Source: Lama glama
Taxonomy: Eukaryota
DNA length: 64,000 nt
Assembly (NCBI GenBank): GCA_028534125.1
Contig: CM052816.1
Coordinates: forward strand, 40,240,001 to 40,304,000
Direction of reading: 5' to 3'
The notes under the pieces are model-generated. The model was not told the origin of the DNA. It searched no databases and was given only the letters and a program-made list of their open reading frames with translations. A program made the translations under genes and the position numbers. Of this stretch, positions 41,500 to 55,168 are shown one piece after another; within the stretch, counting starts at the first letter, position 1; every line of letters starts with the position of its first letter.

Positions 41500-43640
41500 C
41501 CTTTCATATTATGATGAATAACTTTGAATAAACACTACATACCACTGAGCACTGAGCAATCCCCTATCTTTCCCAGTAATTTTGATTTTCTCCTGGCTCA
41601 AATTGCTACTTTATGCCACCTTTTTCTGTTTTTTTTCCCCCAAAGATTTCCTTATCATTTTCTTTCCTCCATCCTTACTGATCATCTTATCAAAATCGAG
41701 TGTGAAATCTCTCTTTTTTCATTATTAATTTTTCAGTCCCATCAGTGTCTGGTTCCAACTTCTCTTTCCCTCTTGTTACATCTAAAGAAAACTGTGTGCT
41801 TCTGTAAAACATCAAGTCTTCCACTAAATTCAAGATCCACATTGTCTTTGGTTTCTAAAGGACTTAGATTCCTTCTCTGGGTCCCATTTTTTCACTAATG
41901 TTTTTAGAAAAAAATTTAAGTGTTGTCTATATTGCTCCTATTTGATCTCAAATTCAGGCTTAAACTTACTTTTTCTGGCTTAAGCCTCCATTATTTAATT
42001 GATAGTAATCTAGTAAGACCATCAATAAATTTCATGTTTCTAAACTCCATAAATACTTTTATGTCATGTTATTAACACTTTCAGCAGTATCTGATTCAGC
42101 TGACCACTCCATATTTTCTAAAATATTTCTATTTTTCTCTCTCAGCCATGGTGTCACTAGTCATGATTTTTCTCCTTTTATTTATTTTTTTAACTTCTTT
42201 TGTGTTTCCTTCTCCACTGAACTTTTGAAAGTTGAAATTTCTCAGAGAGTTTGGGACCCTCTATATAATTTCCCTAGGTGACTGGTGACCCCATCCATCC
42301 CCATGACTTTTTTTCAAAATCAAATATTATTCACATAGACACATACCTACAATTTTTTCTGCAATATGTAATCTAATAAGTCAAGAATACACATAACTGA
42401 GAAATTTTCATAAGCTCTGTACGTTGAGGTTCCTTGAATAGTGACTTATGACCTTTTTTCTCTAAATCTATACAATCTCCACAGGTGATTTCATTTTTTA
42501 CTCTGTGATAAATTTTTTTTTAATGTTGATAATGCTCAATATTTTTATCTCCATCTAAGAGCCATGGATCTAGGTACCACTGCATTTTGGTAATACTTAA
42601 ACGTGTATTTTACTACCTCTGTGTTCTGACTCAGACCCAGCTGTCCACTTGGTATCCTTACTTGCCCATTCATTGAAATCTTACATTCAACATGAACAAA
42701 ATAAAAATATTGATTTATTGGTCGTCCCCAGTATAAATACCTAATATTTTGTTAATTTTCTTTATCTCAGTTAGAATACTACAACTGACCCAATTACTGA
42801 GGCAAAAAACCCAGGAGTCATTTTGACTTCTCCCTTTTCTTTATCTCCCCCATCCAGTCCATCAGCAGGTCCAGTTGGCTTGTAGTTTAAATCGTATCAG
42901 GTATCCTCCACTTAATCCATTTCATCTCTCACCACCTTGGACCTACACGCCACCTACTTATCTCAAAAGCCTCCTAACTAGTTTCTCCAATTTTCTTTTA
43001 AAACTCACTTCAGTCTAGTCTCTGTTTAACAGCCAGAGGGATACTTTTAAACACAAATTAGATTAGACAACTTCTCTACTTGAAATCTTTCCATAGTTTT
43101 CCATTTGCATTTCAGTTATAATAAAACCCAAACTTCTTGCCAGGCCTTTATAGCTCTGCATAATCTGGCCCATGTTGACTTTCTAACTTTGTACTAGTCT
43201 CTCCTAACTCACAAAACCCCAGGCAGCCTGGTGTTCTCTCAGTTTTTATAATGGTTCAAATTAGTTTCCATTTAGGGAACTTGAGATTGCAGTTCCCTGG
43301 AAAGCTTTCCCACTGGCTTTTCACACATCTGTCTCTTTTCATTCTCCCAGGTCTCGTTTTAAATGTACCCTCTTTGGGATGCATTTCTTGAATTCTATGT
43401 GAAGGAGTTTACCCTGCCCCTACCAATACTTTTCTAACATAGCAGCTAGGCATTTCTTTCATAGGACTTACCACAGTCAGTAATCATTTTACCCATGTTT
43501 GTGTTCTGGCTTATTGTCTGTCTCCCTTATTGGAATACAAATTCTATGTGAGTGGAGATCTTGTCGGTCTTTTCACCTTTAGGCAGAGTGACCAGCACAT
43601 AGTAAGGGCTTAACAAAATTTTGTGGAATTAGTGACTAAA
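41500..43640 (+). mobile_element. Long decayed L2 LINE running to its 3' end
   Basis: cagcagtatctgattcagctgaccactcc, aaaaacccaggagtcattttgacttctcc, cagccagagggatactttt, ttattgtctgtctccc...cagcacatagtaagggcttaacaaa. Confidence 0.85.
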
Positions 43641-43964
43641 TATTAAGACTCAATAACATTATTCGTGGTCCAAAGAGAAATATGAGGTGATAAACTTTTT
43701 GCAAAAGGCCTTTATAGCTCTCCCTGAAAAATCCTGAGATACTTCCTAATTTCTAAGTCTTAAATTTTCCTACAACTTAAAAAATGTTTTAATACTCAGA
43801 ATTATTTATATTTAAGCCATGTCTCATTTCAGAAAGAAACTTCAGAACTCTGAAGTACCTTTTCAAAATAGATAAAATAAAAATTTCAAATTGAATAAAA
43901 ACTAAGTTAGGAGATTGCTTTAAAGTGGAAATAATATATCATAGCAGAAGCTATTACTATTACT

Positions 43965-44200
43965 GAGAATAATAACTGTTAGTGAAAAGTGGCTTCATGT
44001 AGATACTATGCTAGTAACTATTTGCACTATCCTATATAGATGTCACCCTAAGCTTATGACATGGTCTTATTATCCCAGTGTTCCAAAATAGGGATTCCGA
44101 GGTTTACCAGTAGTAAGTAATACCAAAGGCCACACAGCTAGTGGAATAAGGATGCCACTGAAGTCTGAGTGTTGAACCTATTATGTTGTACTTGCCACTG
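43965..44200 (-). mobile_element. MIR SINE
   Basis: tattatcccagtgttccaaaatagggattccgagg...ccaaaggccacacagctagt. Confidence 0.7.
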
Positions 44201-44244
44201 TGCTACGTTGCTTTTTCACTAGGAAGGGAAATACAAAAACAGGT

Positions 44245-47200
44245 GTGGCAGATTCTATGTATCCACTTATTCAGTACCCATACTTGGATCCTTTTTAGCT
44301 TGCTTTTCTGTTAAAACAGAGGCTATAAAGCTAAAAACTACAATCCTCAGACTGCTTTGCAAGACCAAGCGGAAGTTTGGCAATAGAATGAAGCAAAGTG
44401 AGTCAGCCTTTGGGCAGGGAGATCTGGTCTTCTGCCCTGTATAATCACAGAGGTATGTTTTTCTCGGGCAGCTGTAGCAGTTTCTGTTATCAAGTTCCTA
44501 GTGTTCTAAGTGTCGGATGACAAATGTGGCAGCAGAGATGTTTCCCTTTGAACATTTTTTTCCTCTGGCTCCTCTGGAGATTTTATGTACTAGCTGTTGC
44601 TGATTAATTAATATGCAATGTTCTTCAGTGATCGCAGTGTTGGCACTGTGATCGATTCAGTAGTTGTTACTAGAAATAAGTAACAGGAACTAAAGTATGG
44701 AATTGACTTAATGGAGAAAGTAGAAAGGTGAAAATTGACTTAGATACTCGACTGGAAAATTGTTCACACTTTATATACAATAGAAAATAGTTGATCAAAT
44801 CTTTATTAGATGAACTTTGTGAAGCAACCTATCCACTGACTGAGGCCATACTGTTGGGAAGAGTGGGGGCTGATCGGAATGTTGGCTGGTGCTGGCTTTA
44901 CTGCCAAATTTAGGGAAACTCTACAGGAGCTAGATGAACCCAGGTGAGAGGTAGATAGCTTGGAAGCACAGATGGGAGGAATTGCCACTTACGTAAGAGA
45001 AACACTCTTTCCTTATAGTCTAACATCTGTATTGTCAGAGAATCCTATAATTTGGAACCTTAGAAGGCTAAACTATAAAAACATATTTCACACCCTAAAT
45101 AGAAGGTGTCACAAGGGCAGCAAAGCAGTGACCTTAGGAAGAGATAAAACTGGTAGGCAGTCAGGCTAATGCAGCTAGTATAAAGGCAAAAATCAGATTA
45201 AAGGTTTAGGCCTTCCCCCAAATATATTACTTTAAATTACCCCAAGGCAATGGCCATTAAGTAAGGAGGGGTGCAGAATGTAAAGTCTGTTTAATAAAGA
45301 GAATGGTCAAGGTTAAAAACTTTGACCAGGTAAGCTCTTTAGCTACAGCTACACCTACAGAATACTGACTGGATACAGGTAACCTGCTGATGTTCTGACA
45401 GAACTCTAGGTGACCACACACCCAGTCTGGACTGCAAAATCTTATGTCATTGCTCCACAGGAAAAGGTATGGAACCCTTAGAAGTCTCCCCCAACACACA
45501 GTAGCAGGCTGTTGCTTTTGAAAAGCACAACAGCCTGAACTATCAGATCTGTGCAGTACCTCTGAGAGCAGAAGCTGGGACCACGGGAATGGAATGAGAG
45601 ACTGAAAGACTGGCTGACCCAGAGCTTACCCTGCCACTAGTTCAGGGTGTTCTTGCCATTCCTGATCAGCAGGATTTGAACATTGCTATGGATGTTACTT
45701 CTCTGTGTTTTCTTATTCTCTCTTTTTCCAAATGGAAGGTTTCATAACAGTTATTCTGTATTTTCTCCAAAATTGTGCATGTTTTGAGGACAATTTGGCT
45801 TTTAGTTAGTAAATTGCTAGATAACCAGGAACTACAAGTGGTTCTTTTGGTGAGATTACTTGTCATCAGGATTATGCATCTTGAACTTTAAGTTGGATGC
45901 AGCAAACTAGAAGAGAATTTGGGATGTCTCTGTTGGAAAAGAGGTGGTTCTATTCCACCATTTGGAAGAAGGGTGTATAAAGAATGTTAAGTAGCCAACG
46001 TACGGACTATAGCAAATGTTCTTAGTTTCCTACAAAATACCCATTCCCTTCTCCCTCATTATGAGAACTCCCGTTTTTTTTTTGTGTGTGATTTGGCAAT
46101 AAACCCAGGGTTGGGGGAGAAGTATTTCCTAGTTCCATGCTATTCCCTTACCAAATTGTTAAACAGTTATGGCCGATGAGAAAGATAAAGTGTGCTAAGG
46201 ATTTCTGAGACAATTTACTTTCCTGATGAGGTGGATAGTCTCCCAAGATGGACCATCATAAATTCCTTCCTTTGCTTTACGTGTATGTTCCTTCACATAT
46301 CAAGAAATCTAATTCCTCTTTCATGAATCTGGGATCACCTTCGTGACTGATTTGACTGATAGGATACAGCAGAAGTGATAGGAATTTTTGAAACTAGGTC
46401 ATATGAAACCTTTTAGTGGAACAGTTCAGTGTCAACATGTTACAGTAACCTAGAAAATAGAAAATGGTCCTAATGAATTAATTTATCAGACTAAGGAGAT
46501 TTCCAGGCAGAATGCTGAAAGTGCCAACTGGTTTTTATTAGATACATAGATAGAAAAATACAGATAGAGAAAGAATGAGCTAAAAAGACCATATTCGGTA
46601 TTTTATAGAATTTAGAGGAAAAATAAAAGAGGTACAATTTATTGGGCTCAAAAATAGAACTGTTTATTATCTAGTCTTTGCAGGCAGCAAATAAAAAGTT
46701 TCTCAAAATAAGAAATGGCCTCAGGGCAAAACTCATACCCAGAATATTTCCATGAACACATAACAGGAGGGTAAAGTTCAGTTCATGTGTGTTTAGAGCA
46801 CCCTTTACCGACACCTCAGAAACATTTGTGGTAGGGCCTCAACCAGACAAAGAGACTTCTGTGAGTATCACAGAGTATCTTACAGACTTTGTTAAGTAGA
46901 AAATAGGGCTCCTACGAATTTTAAGGATGTAATTCCACATCATCAAGACTTTCAGCCCAAAGTAGAGAGGAACCTCTCTGGAAAAAAAAAATTGTGGGGA
47001 TGGCTTTTTTTTTTTTCTAATGAAGTGAACACCAATAAAACTAGACTAAAAGGCATAGAGGTAATTCAAAATACATAAGAGCCCTTGGGGGCTCCAGCTT
47101 TCTAAAGGCAGAAAGTAGGCTGAGAAAGGCTCGCAGCAGCAAACATAGACCAGTTCTAAATGAAAAGAAGGAAAGTCCTAGAGTGAAGACTCAGAAACCT

Positions 47201-48195
47201 AAAGGGCAGACCCAAGGGGCAGAGAGACTCATTCTCAGGGAGCAGGACTCGGCCGCAGTAAAGGAACAGGTGACATGTGCTCAGTTAGATTTCAGACTTC
47301 TTGTGGATGAGAGACTGCTGTGCGCCTCCTGTCAGGCTTCACCCCGTTTTAAAACTAGAGTTGTTATGGTTTGTTTGTTTTGCAAATTTCATACCCTTGT
47401 ATCACCAGTGTAATATTGAGTGTGTTGAGCAGATAACTTGTCTCTTTAGTTCAAAGATCTTTCATTAGAGAGAAATCGTGCTTGAGAAACTGCATCTAAG
47501 AAACTGAACCCTCATCCTCCCTTGAATATGATTTTCTTGACTAACAGAATGTGACAGAAGCAATATTCAAAAACATCTGAGACTAGGTCATAAAATGCCT
47601 TGCTGCTTTCATTTTCATTTCATTTCATCACTCAGTCTTGGGAGACTCCTTCTCAAAACCAAGCTCCCAGGCTATGAGAAGCCAAAGCCGTGTGTAGGCA
47701 TTTCTGCTGAGCTCCCAGCCAACAGTCAGCATCATCTCAGCCGTGTGAGTGAGTCACCTTGGACTTCCAGCCCAGTGAAGCCTTCAGAAGTGGCCAGTCC
47801 AAGCTGCAGTCTGACTGCAATCACATGAGAGATCCCAAGTAAGGAAAGTCAGTTGAGCCTCTTCAATACACAGAAGCACATGTGATGATGATAAATTGCT
47901 TTAAGCTAGTATATTTTGAAAAGGTTCGAGGTTCAAAAATAGATGTCAGGAACACCTTTTATCGGTCCAACCCTTTTTCTTTTGGTCCTTTCCTCCTTCC
48001 TTTTGCAAACAAAAGCATGGTGCCTTGAGACCATGGGGGAGATACAAAAACATTTTAGAGACTTTTACCCTGAATTCCTTGAGTTATAAAAGAAGCGCTA
48101 GCAACCACAAACTTCCTGACTTCAAGATATTAGGAAAAATAATCTCCTATTTGGGTTTTTGGTCACACACAGCCATGTAAACAAACAGACATCCC
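44245..48195 (+). mobile_element. Nested ERVL/MaLR cluster: LTR33/MLT1-like LTR, internal sequence, and an MLT1K/L-like LTR interrupted by an MLT1H-like element
   Basis: tgtggcag LTR start with aaaactacaatcctcagactgctttgca; MaLR-internal-like 44690-46005; second LTR from ~46008 resumes at ~47956; subfamily names tentative. Confidence 0.65.
46226..47954 (+). mobile_element. MLT1H-like MaLR element: partial 5' LTR, internal region, partial 3' LTR
   Basis: Shared LTR segment gactgataggatacagcagaagtgat..actaggtcata (~46356-46402) and gactaacagaatgtgacagaagcaat..actaggtcata (~47539-47592); ctgagctcccagccaacagtcagcatc...ctgactgcaatcacatgagagatccc. Confidence 0.75.
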
Positions 48196-49299
48196 TGATG
48201 CTCCAGGGATGAGGGCAATACACAACAGGATACCACAAACTGTTGTGTTTCACTGAATAGGGGCTGCTAGTTCAGCTTTGAGTTTTGTAGACAAAGAAAA
48301 AGAATCAGTCACACAATTACAAAATTGCCAGAATATATATATAAAAACAAATCAAACTAATTGTTCAGTGGGAACCCAAACATTTCTGACACTGAATTGA
48401 AATCTCTCTCATAGAGCCTTGTAAAAGAAGATATGATGTGATGCAGTGTACATCTTGCTCATTGTTAATGAGTTAAATGTGACTTTGTGTTTCAAAAATA
48501 TGTATTTTATAACATTTCTTTCATAACGCCAGACAGTCCAAAGCAACTCTACAAAACGAAAAACAACAAAGTCCCATTTTACAGCTGTTGGCAGTCTGAA
48601 TTAACGCAAGAATAAAATTCAGAATATAGAGGAATCGGTGGCCAGTGATTTCTACTACCAATCTTTATAAAAACCATCTTGCTAGTAATCTGTTGATAAA
48701 CCAGTCTGATAAAATCCAGCAGTGTAAATGCTGCATATGATTAAAGATAGATGCAAATGCTGATATGGAGATAGAGTTAGCATTCTTTTATGGAAACTAA
48801 AGAGCCTAATTAGGGTATGTACCTGGATGGAAGTCTCTAATTCAGTCTGGAAGTTGGCTGAGATAGTAACCAGTAACGGAGTAAGAATTTCCTCTTAGAA
48901 CATTTCTGTTCATTTCACAACAAAAATGGCAAACTGAGATGCAAATGATCAAGCCCAGAGAATATATACCCAACAGTTTTAACTTGGAAAAAAATTAAAT
49001 TGGTAATTGCCATGTGCCCTCTTTGATTGTAGGTATATATGAACATGGTGTTGATTTGGAAACAGGAGGTGAGGGAGATGCTAGGTTCTATGACTTCTGG
49101 TTTGCTTACCTGAATGGCTGCTAATGTCCTTCACTGAGGTTGGGAACACAGAATAAAGCCTACTTTGTGTGAGGATGATCGTTAATCTGAGGGATCTATG
49201 GACCATCCTGTGGAAGTGGTCAATTTATATAAGGGTTTGAATACATAAGTCTTAGTGTCAGAAGACAATTAAGGAAATGCACATTTGTGAGTAATCTGC

Positions 49300-49773
49300 T
49301 GACCAAAATGACCTTAACTTTCTCAACATTCCCCTCAGCTTGACTAAAATGACAAATTTCCTTTTAATTCAAGATCTCTTGCCTAAGTTTTTTTTTAAAA
49401 CTTCTTGACAGTTTTACACCCAGGAATATCTGTCTTAAGAAACTGGGAGCCATCTATTTCTAGCATAAATACACAGCAAAGGAGAGTAGAAGCCTAACTC
49501 TGGTGGGGCCAAATTTCAAAACTATCTACCAGGAGAAGTGTAATTTCCCTTTGGATGAAGCCAATCAGCAAACATAGATGGCCTCTGACTTCCCCCAACA
49601 TATTCCAGTACTTTTCAACTAGCTAAACCCCAGTGCTTATTAAAAACCCTTTGGTTCTTTGTTCCAGTGGAGTTGAGTTTAGATAGTTCTGGCCTCTCTC
49701 CACTATGGTAATAGCCTTAAATAAAGTCTTCCTTGCTTGTTTTACTTTGCCTAGTGAGATTTTTGCTTTGACA
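49300..49773 (+). mobile_element. ERV1 solo LTR (MER90/MER110-like) inserted in an antisense L2
   Basis: tgacc...tttgaca termini; cccctcagcttgactaaa; CCAAT at ~49561; aataaagtcttccttgc; L2-like sequence on both flanks. Confidence 0.75.
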
Positions 49774-52374
49774 TTGTCTGTATGTGATAACTGAAGTCAT
49801 GACAAGTTATGCCTGGAGAGATCTGAGTGTGAAGAGAAGATAATCTAGGAGAAACCCAAGAGTTGAGCGCTGCAGACAAAAGGAGAAAGAGTTGCTTTCT
49901 CTAAGCAAACCCAAAACAAACAAAACCCCAGAAATGAATAAATAGGGAGGATATCAGAGAAGTGAAGGAGAGAGTGATTCTTCTTTTAGGTTACTTATTA
50001 AGACTATTTTAAGAAAGGCTGCCTTGATGCCATTAAAATTTACCCTTCAGTTAACATAACTCAGTAGATAGTTGCTTACAAACAGGACTATTTTGCTTTC
50101 CTGTGAAATTAATTTTGCTGAATTATATTGTAGTGTGATGCCACTAGTTTATATCAAAAGCCATGCTAAGAGAGATGTGCATGATATATTCTGTGGATTT
50201 ATTGTAAAGATGTTGAGTAAAGGGTTCACTGCTGCACACCAGAAGACCTCCATTATATTACTCCTTGAGAATCTGGGAAAAGAAATTTCCCTCTGGTCCC
50301 TGTACTAACAATAACTGAATAACTCTGCCTCTCTCTTGAGTGAAATTTATGGCACATTTATAGCAAGTATATGGAATTTCAGTGCATAGATATGAAACAA
50401 TAAAATCATAGTAAGACTTGATTTTTTTCTACCTTTTATTTTTACCTTAGATTTTAAGGATTTGTTAAATCCATAGCTCTGGGCATGGTGTATGCAAATT
50501 TGACAAGCCAAGGGCAACTAACTAAAGGTTTCATGTCTGTTGCTTAGAAACAAATAAATCTGCAGGCTTCCTAGATCTCCCTGATGATATTGGTACTTGT
50601 CTACCTAAAATTTAGCTGATTTATCCATGAGAAGCTATTGGCCTATGAGAAGACTACTGGGTAAAATATAGTTGATATTTTAGGAAGGGAGATTAGACCC
50701 TGCACAGATAAATAGCAACATTAGATTCAGTGGGAAAAATATATAAAACAAAGGGATAAGAGCTGAAGTCTGAAGCTTAAAGACTGCCATTCATCCTGTT
50801 TTGGAGATAAAGGATTGAAAAAAATAAAGCCTAATTTACCCTCTATGTCAAGGACTTTTTTTAGGCCAGGGGGTGAGCAGTTGAAGGATAAAATGAACTC
50901 CTAGATCTTTTTTAAGTAATAACATTAAGTGTGGGTCAGGTTGCCCTAAAAAGGACAATGACAGATTAAGAGAAATAACTATCAGAGATGTTCAGCTTAC
51001 TTTGCTTCAAATGCCTATTTGAGAAAAACTACCTGAGTAATTTTGCCTAATCCCTGGGGATATGTCATGACTACTAAAACTGTATACTAAGAACGGAGGG
51101 AGTCCAAATTAAAACACATGTTTAGAGTCAGATGCAAAAATAGAGCCAGAAACCTTGCTAGAGATCCTCATCTGTGGCTCTGTAATAGGATGTTCGAATG
51201 AAACATGCAGAATCCATGGTTTCTCAACCAGTTAGACATGAAAGTTTTGGGGATGGTACCTCCTCTAACTTCTTCCCTTCTACACATGCTATCAGTATGG
51301 GCAGGCAAAATATATTGGAGACTGTGGATTTAAAATGTTCTACTTCTGATGTAGGGACTGACTGTATGACATGAAAGGAAATAACAAATATCTATCTTAG
51401 TAAATCAAGCATTGCATCTGTACTGAGAATAATTTTTGCTGAATTCTTAGTCTCTGAGGATAGAGCTGTTTACAAAAGTCATCCTTGAAAGTGGTGGGAT
51501 AGCTTGACGGGTATTCAGGGGAGTTCACCCATGTTTATGGAATGGATTACTTAGTACAGTCATCCCTTCAATCATTTTTCTTACAAGTTCTTTTATCTTC
51601 CAACATGAGAGAAACAAACTATCTTTCCTTTATTGCTTCCCTTAAAAAATTAAATTAGGTAAAACTATATTGAGTGAAAATAAATAAAATTAAAGTAGCA
51701 AGAAAAAGACAAAGAAGAGAGGATAGGTGATAAAAGGTAACAGAGTATATCGTTGATAAACAGCCAAACCCCCAAGCCAGCTAAAAGGTGACAAGGTGCA
51801 GGTTGAGTACCCAGCCTAGGGATTTGTTTTCATAGTAGTTGTTACCTAGTAATTATGAGAAATTTGGCAGAAAGAAGTGATTTGATTTTCAAGCTCCATG
51901 CATTGGTTGGTCAGGCTTCCAGTTCAAGTGTAGGACATCGATAAATTACACCAAACCTATTCTTTCTCTCCAGTTCCCCTCCTTCTGAGCTTTGAATGCA
52001 ATTACACTAGTTTCCATTGATTTCTAATTCCTAGGTTAGGGTCTTACTAATAAACATCCAAAAGGAAATATAAAATGGGAAATGAGAATAGTAACGGGTT
52101 TTCAAACATCTAAGATATCACTAGCTATTTTACAATGTGTATATAGCTTTGTAGGTGAAAATTCTAACCATTTCATCAGCATGCTTGTTACATATCTAGT
52201 GAAAATTTATTTATATATCTAAATACAATCTGATATACTCTTTGGCACTCTAATCAAAGTATGGCTTATTATGATGATTATAACTTAACTGGACCTGCAG
52301 TTCAGGAATGACCATATGAAAGTAATGGAATAAAAGCATTTTTAACAAATGTCAGAATTTCATAAACAGTTAAA

Positions 52375-52640
52375 AGATACTCTTTTTAAAGTAGTCACCT
52401 AGAGAAATTGTATATTTCTAATAAAGTTGCTGCTACAGCTTAAAACATTTTGGTAACATCCCTTTTAAAGCCAACTTGGAGATCAAGTATGAAAATTATC
52501 ATTGCTTTAAGTTATCTTAATAATTAGAATTCTTATTCTCTGGCAGATTTGATTTTTACTTCAATTTACTTTAGTGCAAAAGTCAGTTATAAATAACAGA
52601 ATTATTAAATGAATTACCACTAATTCTAAAATTCTATAGT
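52375..52640. mobile_element. MARNA-like Mariner MITE fragment
   Basis: aaagtagtcacctagagaaattgtatatttctaataaagttgctgctacagcttaaaacattttggtaac. Confidence 0.6.
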
Positions 52641-52714
52641 ATATGATTTTCAAATAACACAAAATGGTAGGTATGGGGCTAAATATAATTAAAAATGTGT
52701 TCTGTTTTAACAAC

Positions 52715-53392
52715 ATTTTTAAATGAGGAAACTTCATATAAAAATCTGGAGTCTTGCCTTCTTTTGGAAATTAAAACTAAAAGACTTAGCAACAGTGGGC
52801 ACATATTTTCTCATAACTATTAGTGGGAGCTGAAGAAAGGCTGACCCCTTCAGAAGAGGAACTATATTTTCAATTTAGTCTTTGCTTACACAATGTACAC
52901 AAATACACTGATATGAGGGGGACTTAACTCATTGTGGTAAGCCAGTTAACATACAGGTAAAACTAAGTCAGCATCTGAAGTGGCCAAATACTCCAACTTA
53001 CCTCATTGCTACAGGATTCCTGTTCTTGACTTGCTAAACTCTAGAGTGACTTCAGAGTTTGCTTTGGCCAATAAAATGTAGATAGAAATGAAATATATCA
53101 CTTTGGGGCAGAAGATTATGAACTAGCATGCAGTTCACCACATCTGGACATTTAGCTACAAGGCAATATTCCAGGCAGAGGTTTCCCCATCACCCTTGGC
53201 CCTGGATAAAAGGCAATGAAGAGCCGAATCACAGTCCATAACAAATGGGCAGCATGAGTGAGAAATAAATCTTTGCTGTAACCCACTGTGATTTGGGGAC
53301 CATCTGTTACTACTATATGACCCAGTGTATGCTGACACACACATTTAAATTACCTCCCTGGCTCCTGTAGGCAAAGGAGTTTGTGACCCATA
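52715..53392. mobile_element. MER102-like hAT-Charlie element interrupted by an MLT1 LTR
   Basis: ttcatataaaaatctggag...agcaacagtgggc...ggagctgaagaaaggctg; resumes as ttacctccctggctcctgtaggcaaaggagtttgtgaccc. Confidence 0.7.
52933..53340 (+). mobile_element. MLT1I/J-like MaLR solo LTR
   Basis: tgtggt start; ttgctttggccaataaaatgt; catgagtgagaaataaatctttgctgtaacccactgtgatttgggg. Confidence 0.8.
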
Positions 53393-53749
53393 CTTTTCCA
53401 GTAAGTTCTCCTCTAGTTTTTAAAATGTGACAAACTGAAGCCCAACTGGGTTAAATAACATGTTCAGAAGATAATGAAGTCAGTCTCTGTATCTAGGTCT
53501 ATCTCACTCCAAAGTCTGTGCACATACTTTAACTCCTTACTCTCCATGTCATAATGTCATGAGCATGTTTTCACCATTACTTCTGTCTCTCACAATACTG
53601 TGAATAAATTCAATGGCTTTGACATTCACTAGTTTCTGAAATATCTAATTAAAGTAGTATCATAATTTAAGAAGGAAGTTATTACAATTCAATAACCTTT
53701 TTGACAGATTTTTTTAGAAATCATATAAAATATATATGTTAATAGGTAA

Positions 53750-54769
53750 CTTTAGTCTTGGGTTTATTTTGTAAACATATTCTGTCTGTACCACTTTAAG
53801 AGAATTTTAAATCATATTTATTGTTTTGCATACAACTCAGGCATTTTCTAATATTTAAAAAACCTAAATGCAAAGTAATAAATTTGGCTTCTTTTCCCCA
53901 CAAAAATGGGAAATACATCTTGGTAAAGAAATTTTAAAATTATTTTTACACACCATTTGGTTGTTGGGATTTATAGTTCCAGAAAGACAAACCAACAAAA
54001 CCCTAAAACTTAACCAGCAAAAAAAAAACCCACATTAATTGATTAGTACAGAAAGCAGTTTACAGTAATAAGGTAAGCATGAAAGAAAAACCGATCAGAA
54101 AACACCCTGCTGTAAAGTTATTTTCAGATTTCTATTATAGTACAGCTTACTCCCAACAACTCTGAGCCCATTAAGAGCACTTCTATACATAAAAATACAA
54201 AACAAAATGATACAGTATTTACTGTAACAACAAGTTAAAGTTTATCTTAATATATGTAACTTAAATACCCCCCCCATTGATAAAGTGGCTTCTTATTCCT
54301 TAAACATAAAAATTCTGCTCTTCATTGTAGAAAGATGAAGTCCTCTCATCAAAAGGCACATTCTTATCTGCAAGAAAAAAAATACTATAAATGCTCCTGG
54401 AACAAATTTAAACACGTTTTGAAATAGTCCCAAAGATTTGGAATGTCAGGAAGATAATGAAAGTATTTAATCTATGGGAATTATAATGAATGGCTCCAAT
54501 AAAATACATGATTACTTTGTCTATATTAATTACATCAGATACTATCCTTTAAATCATAATTCTAACTTTTTCAAAGGGATTTTATATACAGTGAGTGTGG
54601 GCTATTTATATACAATGAGCTGCTATTTCAGGTCACACTAAAGTAATATCCTTAGGCAATATTCACAACTAACCTCAGTTAACTTAAGCGTACAATGTAG
54701 TTATTTGTTTATAGTTTCTGTAAAAACAATTCTTAACTGATACCATTTCTAAACCTTCAAAACTGAGGA
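53750..54769 (-). other. Probable 3' UTR / terminal region of an unidentified minus-strand gene
   Basis: No recognisable repeat; U-rich on minus; AATAAA on minus at 53817-53822 and 53763-53768; follows the stop of the candidate exon at 54800; contains a further strong acceptor at 54368-54369. Confidence 0.5.
54300..54367 (-). other. Candidate terminal exon C: either a 3'-UTR exon or an alternative last exon encoding (x)KNVPFDERTSSFYNEEQNFYV*
   Basis: Acceptor tattttttttcttgcag|AT; phase-1 frame open for 21 codons to TAA. Confidence 0.35.
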
Positions 54770-54800
54770 TTAATTGAAGCTGCAGGCCTGGAAGTATAAT
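54770..54800 (-). CDS. Candidate last coding exon B of an unidentified gene (...K|LYFQACSFN*)
   Basis: Acceptor gcatttttttctgtttcatag|AT; joins exon A in frame across a 313-nt GT-AG intron; protein not recognised; an alternative frame is also open. Confidence 0.5.
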
Positions 54801-55113
54801 CTATGAAACAGAAAAAAAATGCTTTTAATATTTATAATACACTCATAAAATTTATCCATACAGAAGATAAGGTTTTCTATAAACGTTTGATATGGGACGT
54901 TTGCCCATTTTCTTACCTTACTGACTAGTTTATAGTAATATGAGGTGACATTTTTAACACAAATATTTTTATAGACCTTAATTCTAATCATACATCAGGC
55001 TTTACTGTTACTTAATCCAAATCATGGCTTCAAAGAAACTTCAGCTAATAAGAGCCATTACAACCAAAAGCATTTACTACATCCGGAGTCAAAGGTGTGC
55101 AGATTGTACTAAC

Positions 55114-55168
55114 TTAATAAATCGTCCTTTGTAATCATCATTAACATACAGAACTTCATTGGAGTTAT
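55114..55168 (-). CDS. Candidate internal coding exon A, 55 nt ((x)NSNEVLYVNDDYKGRFIK)
   Basis: Acceptor tatttcttattctcatag|AT; donor TAA|gttagt; open phase-1 frame with protein-like composition; repeat-free context. Confidence 0.5.

Noticed and set aside
41524..41898. 124-aa hydrophobic ORF
   Set aside because: Lies in pyrimidine-rich decayed L2; composition artefact
55041..55141. Possible C/D-box snoRNA on minus (ATGATGA ... CTGA)
   Set aside because: No terminal stem, no clear C'/D' boxes or rRNA complement seen; overlaps the better exon model
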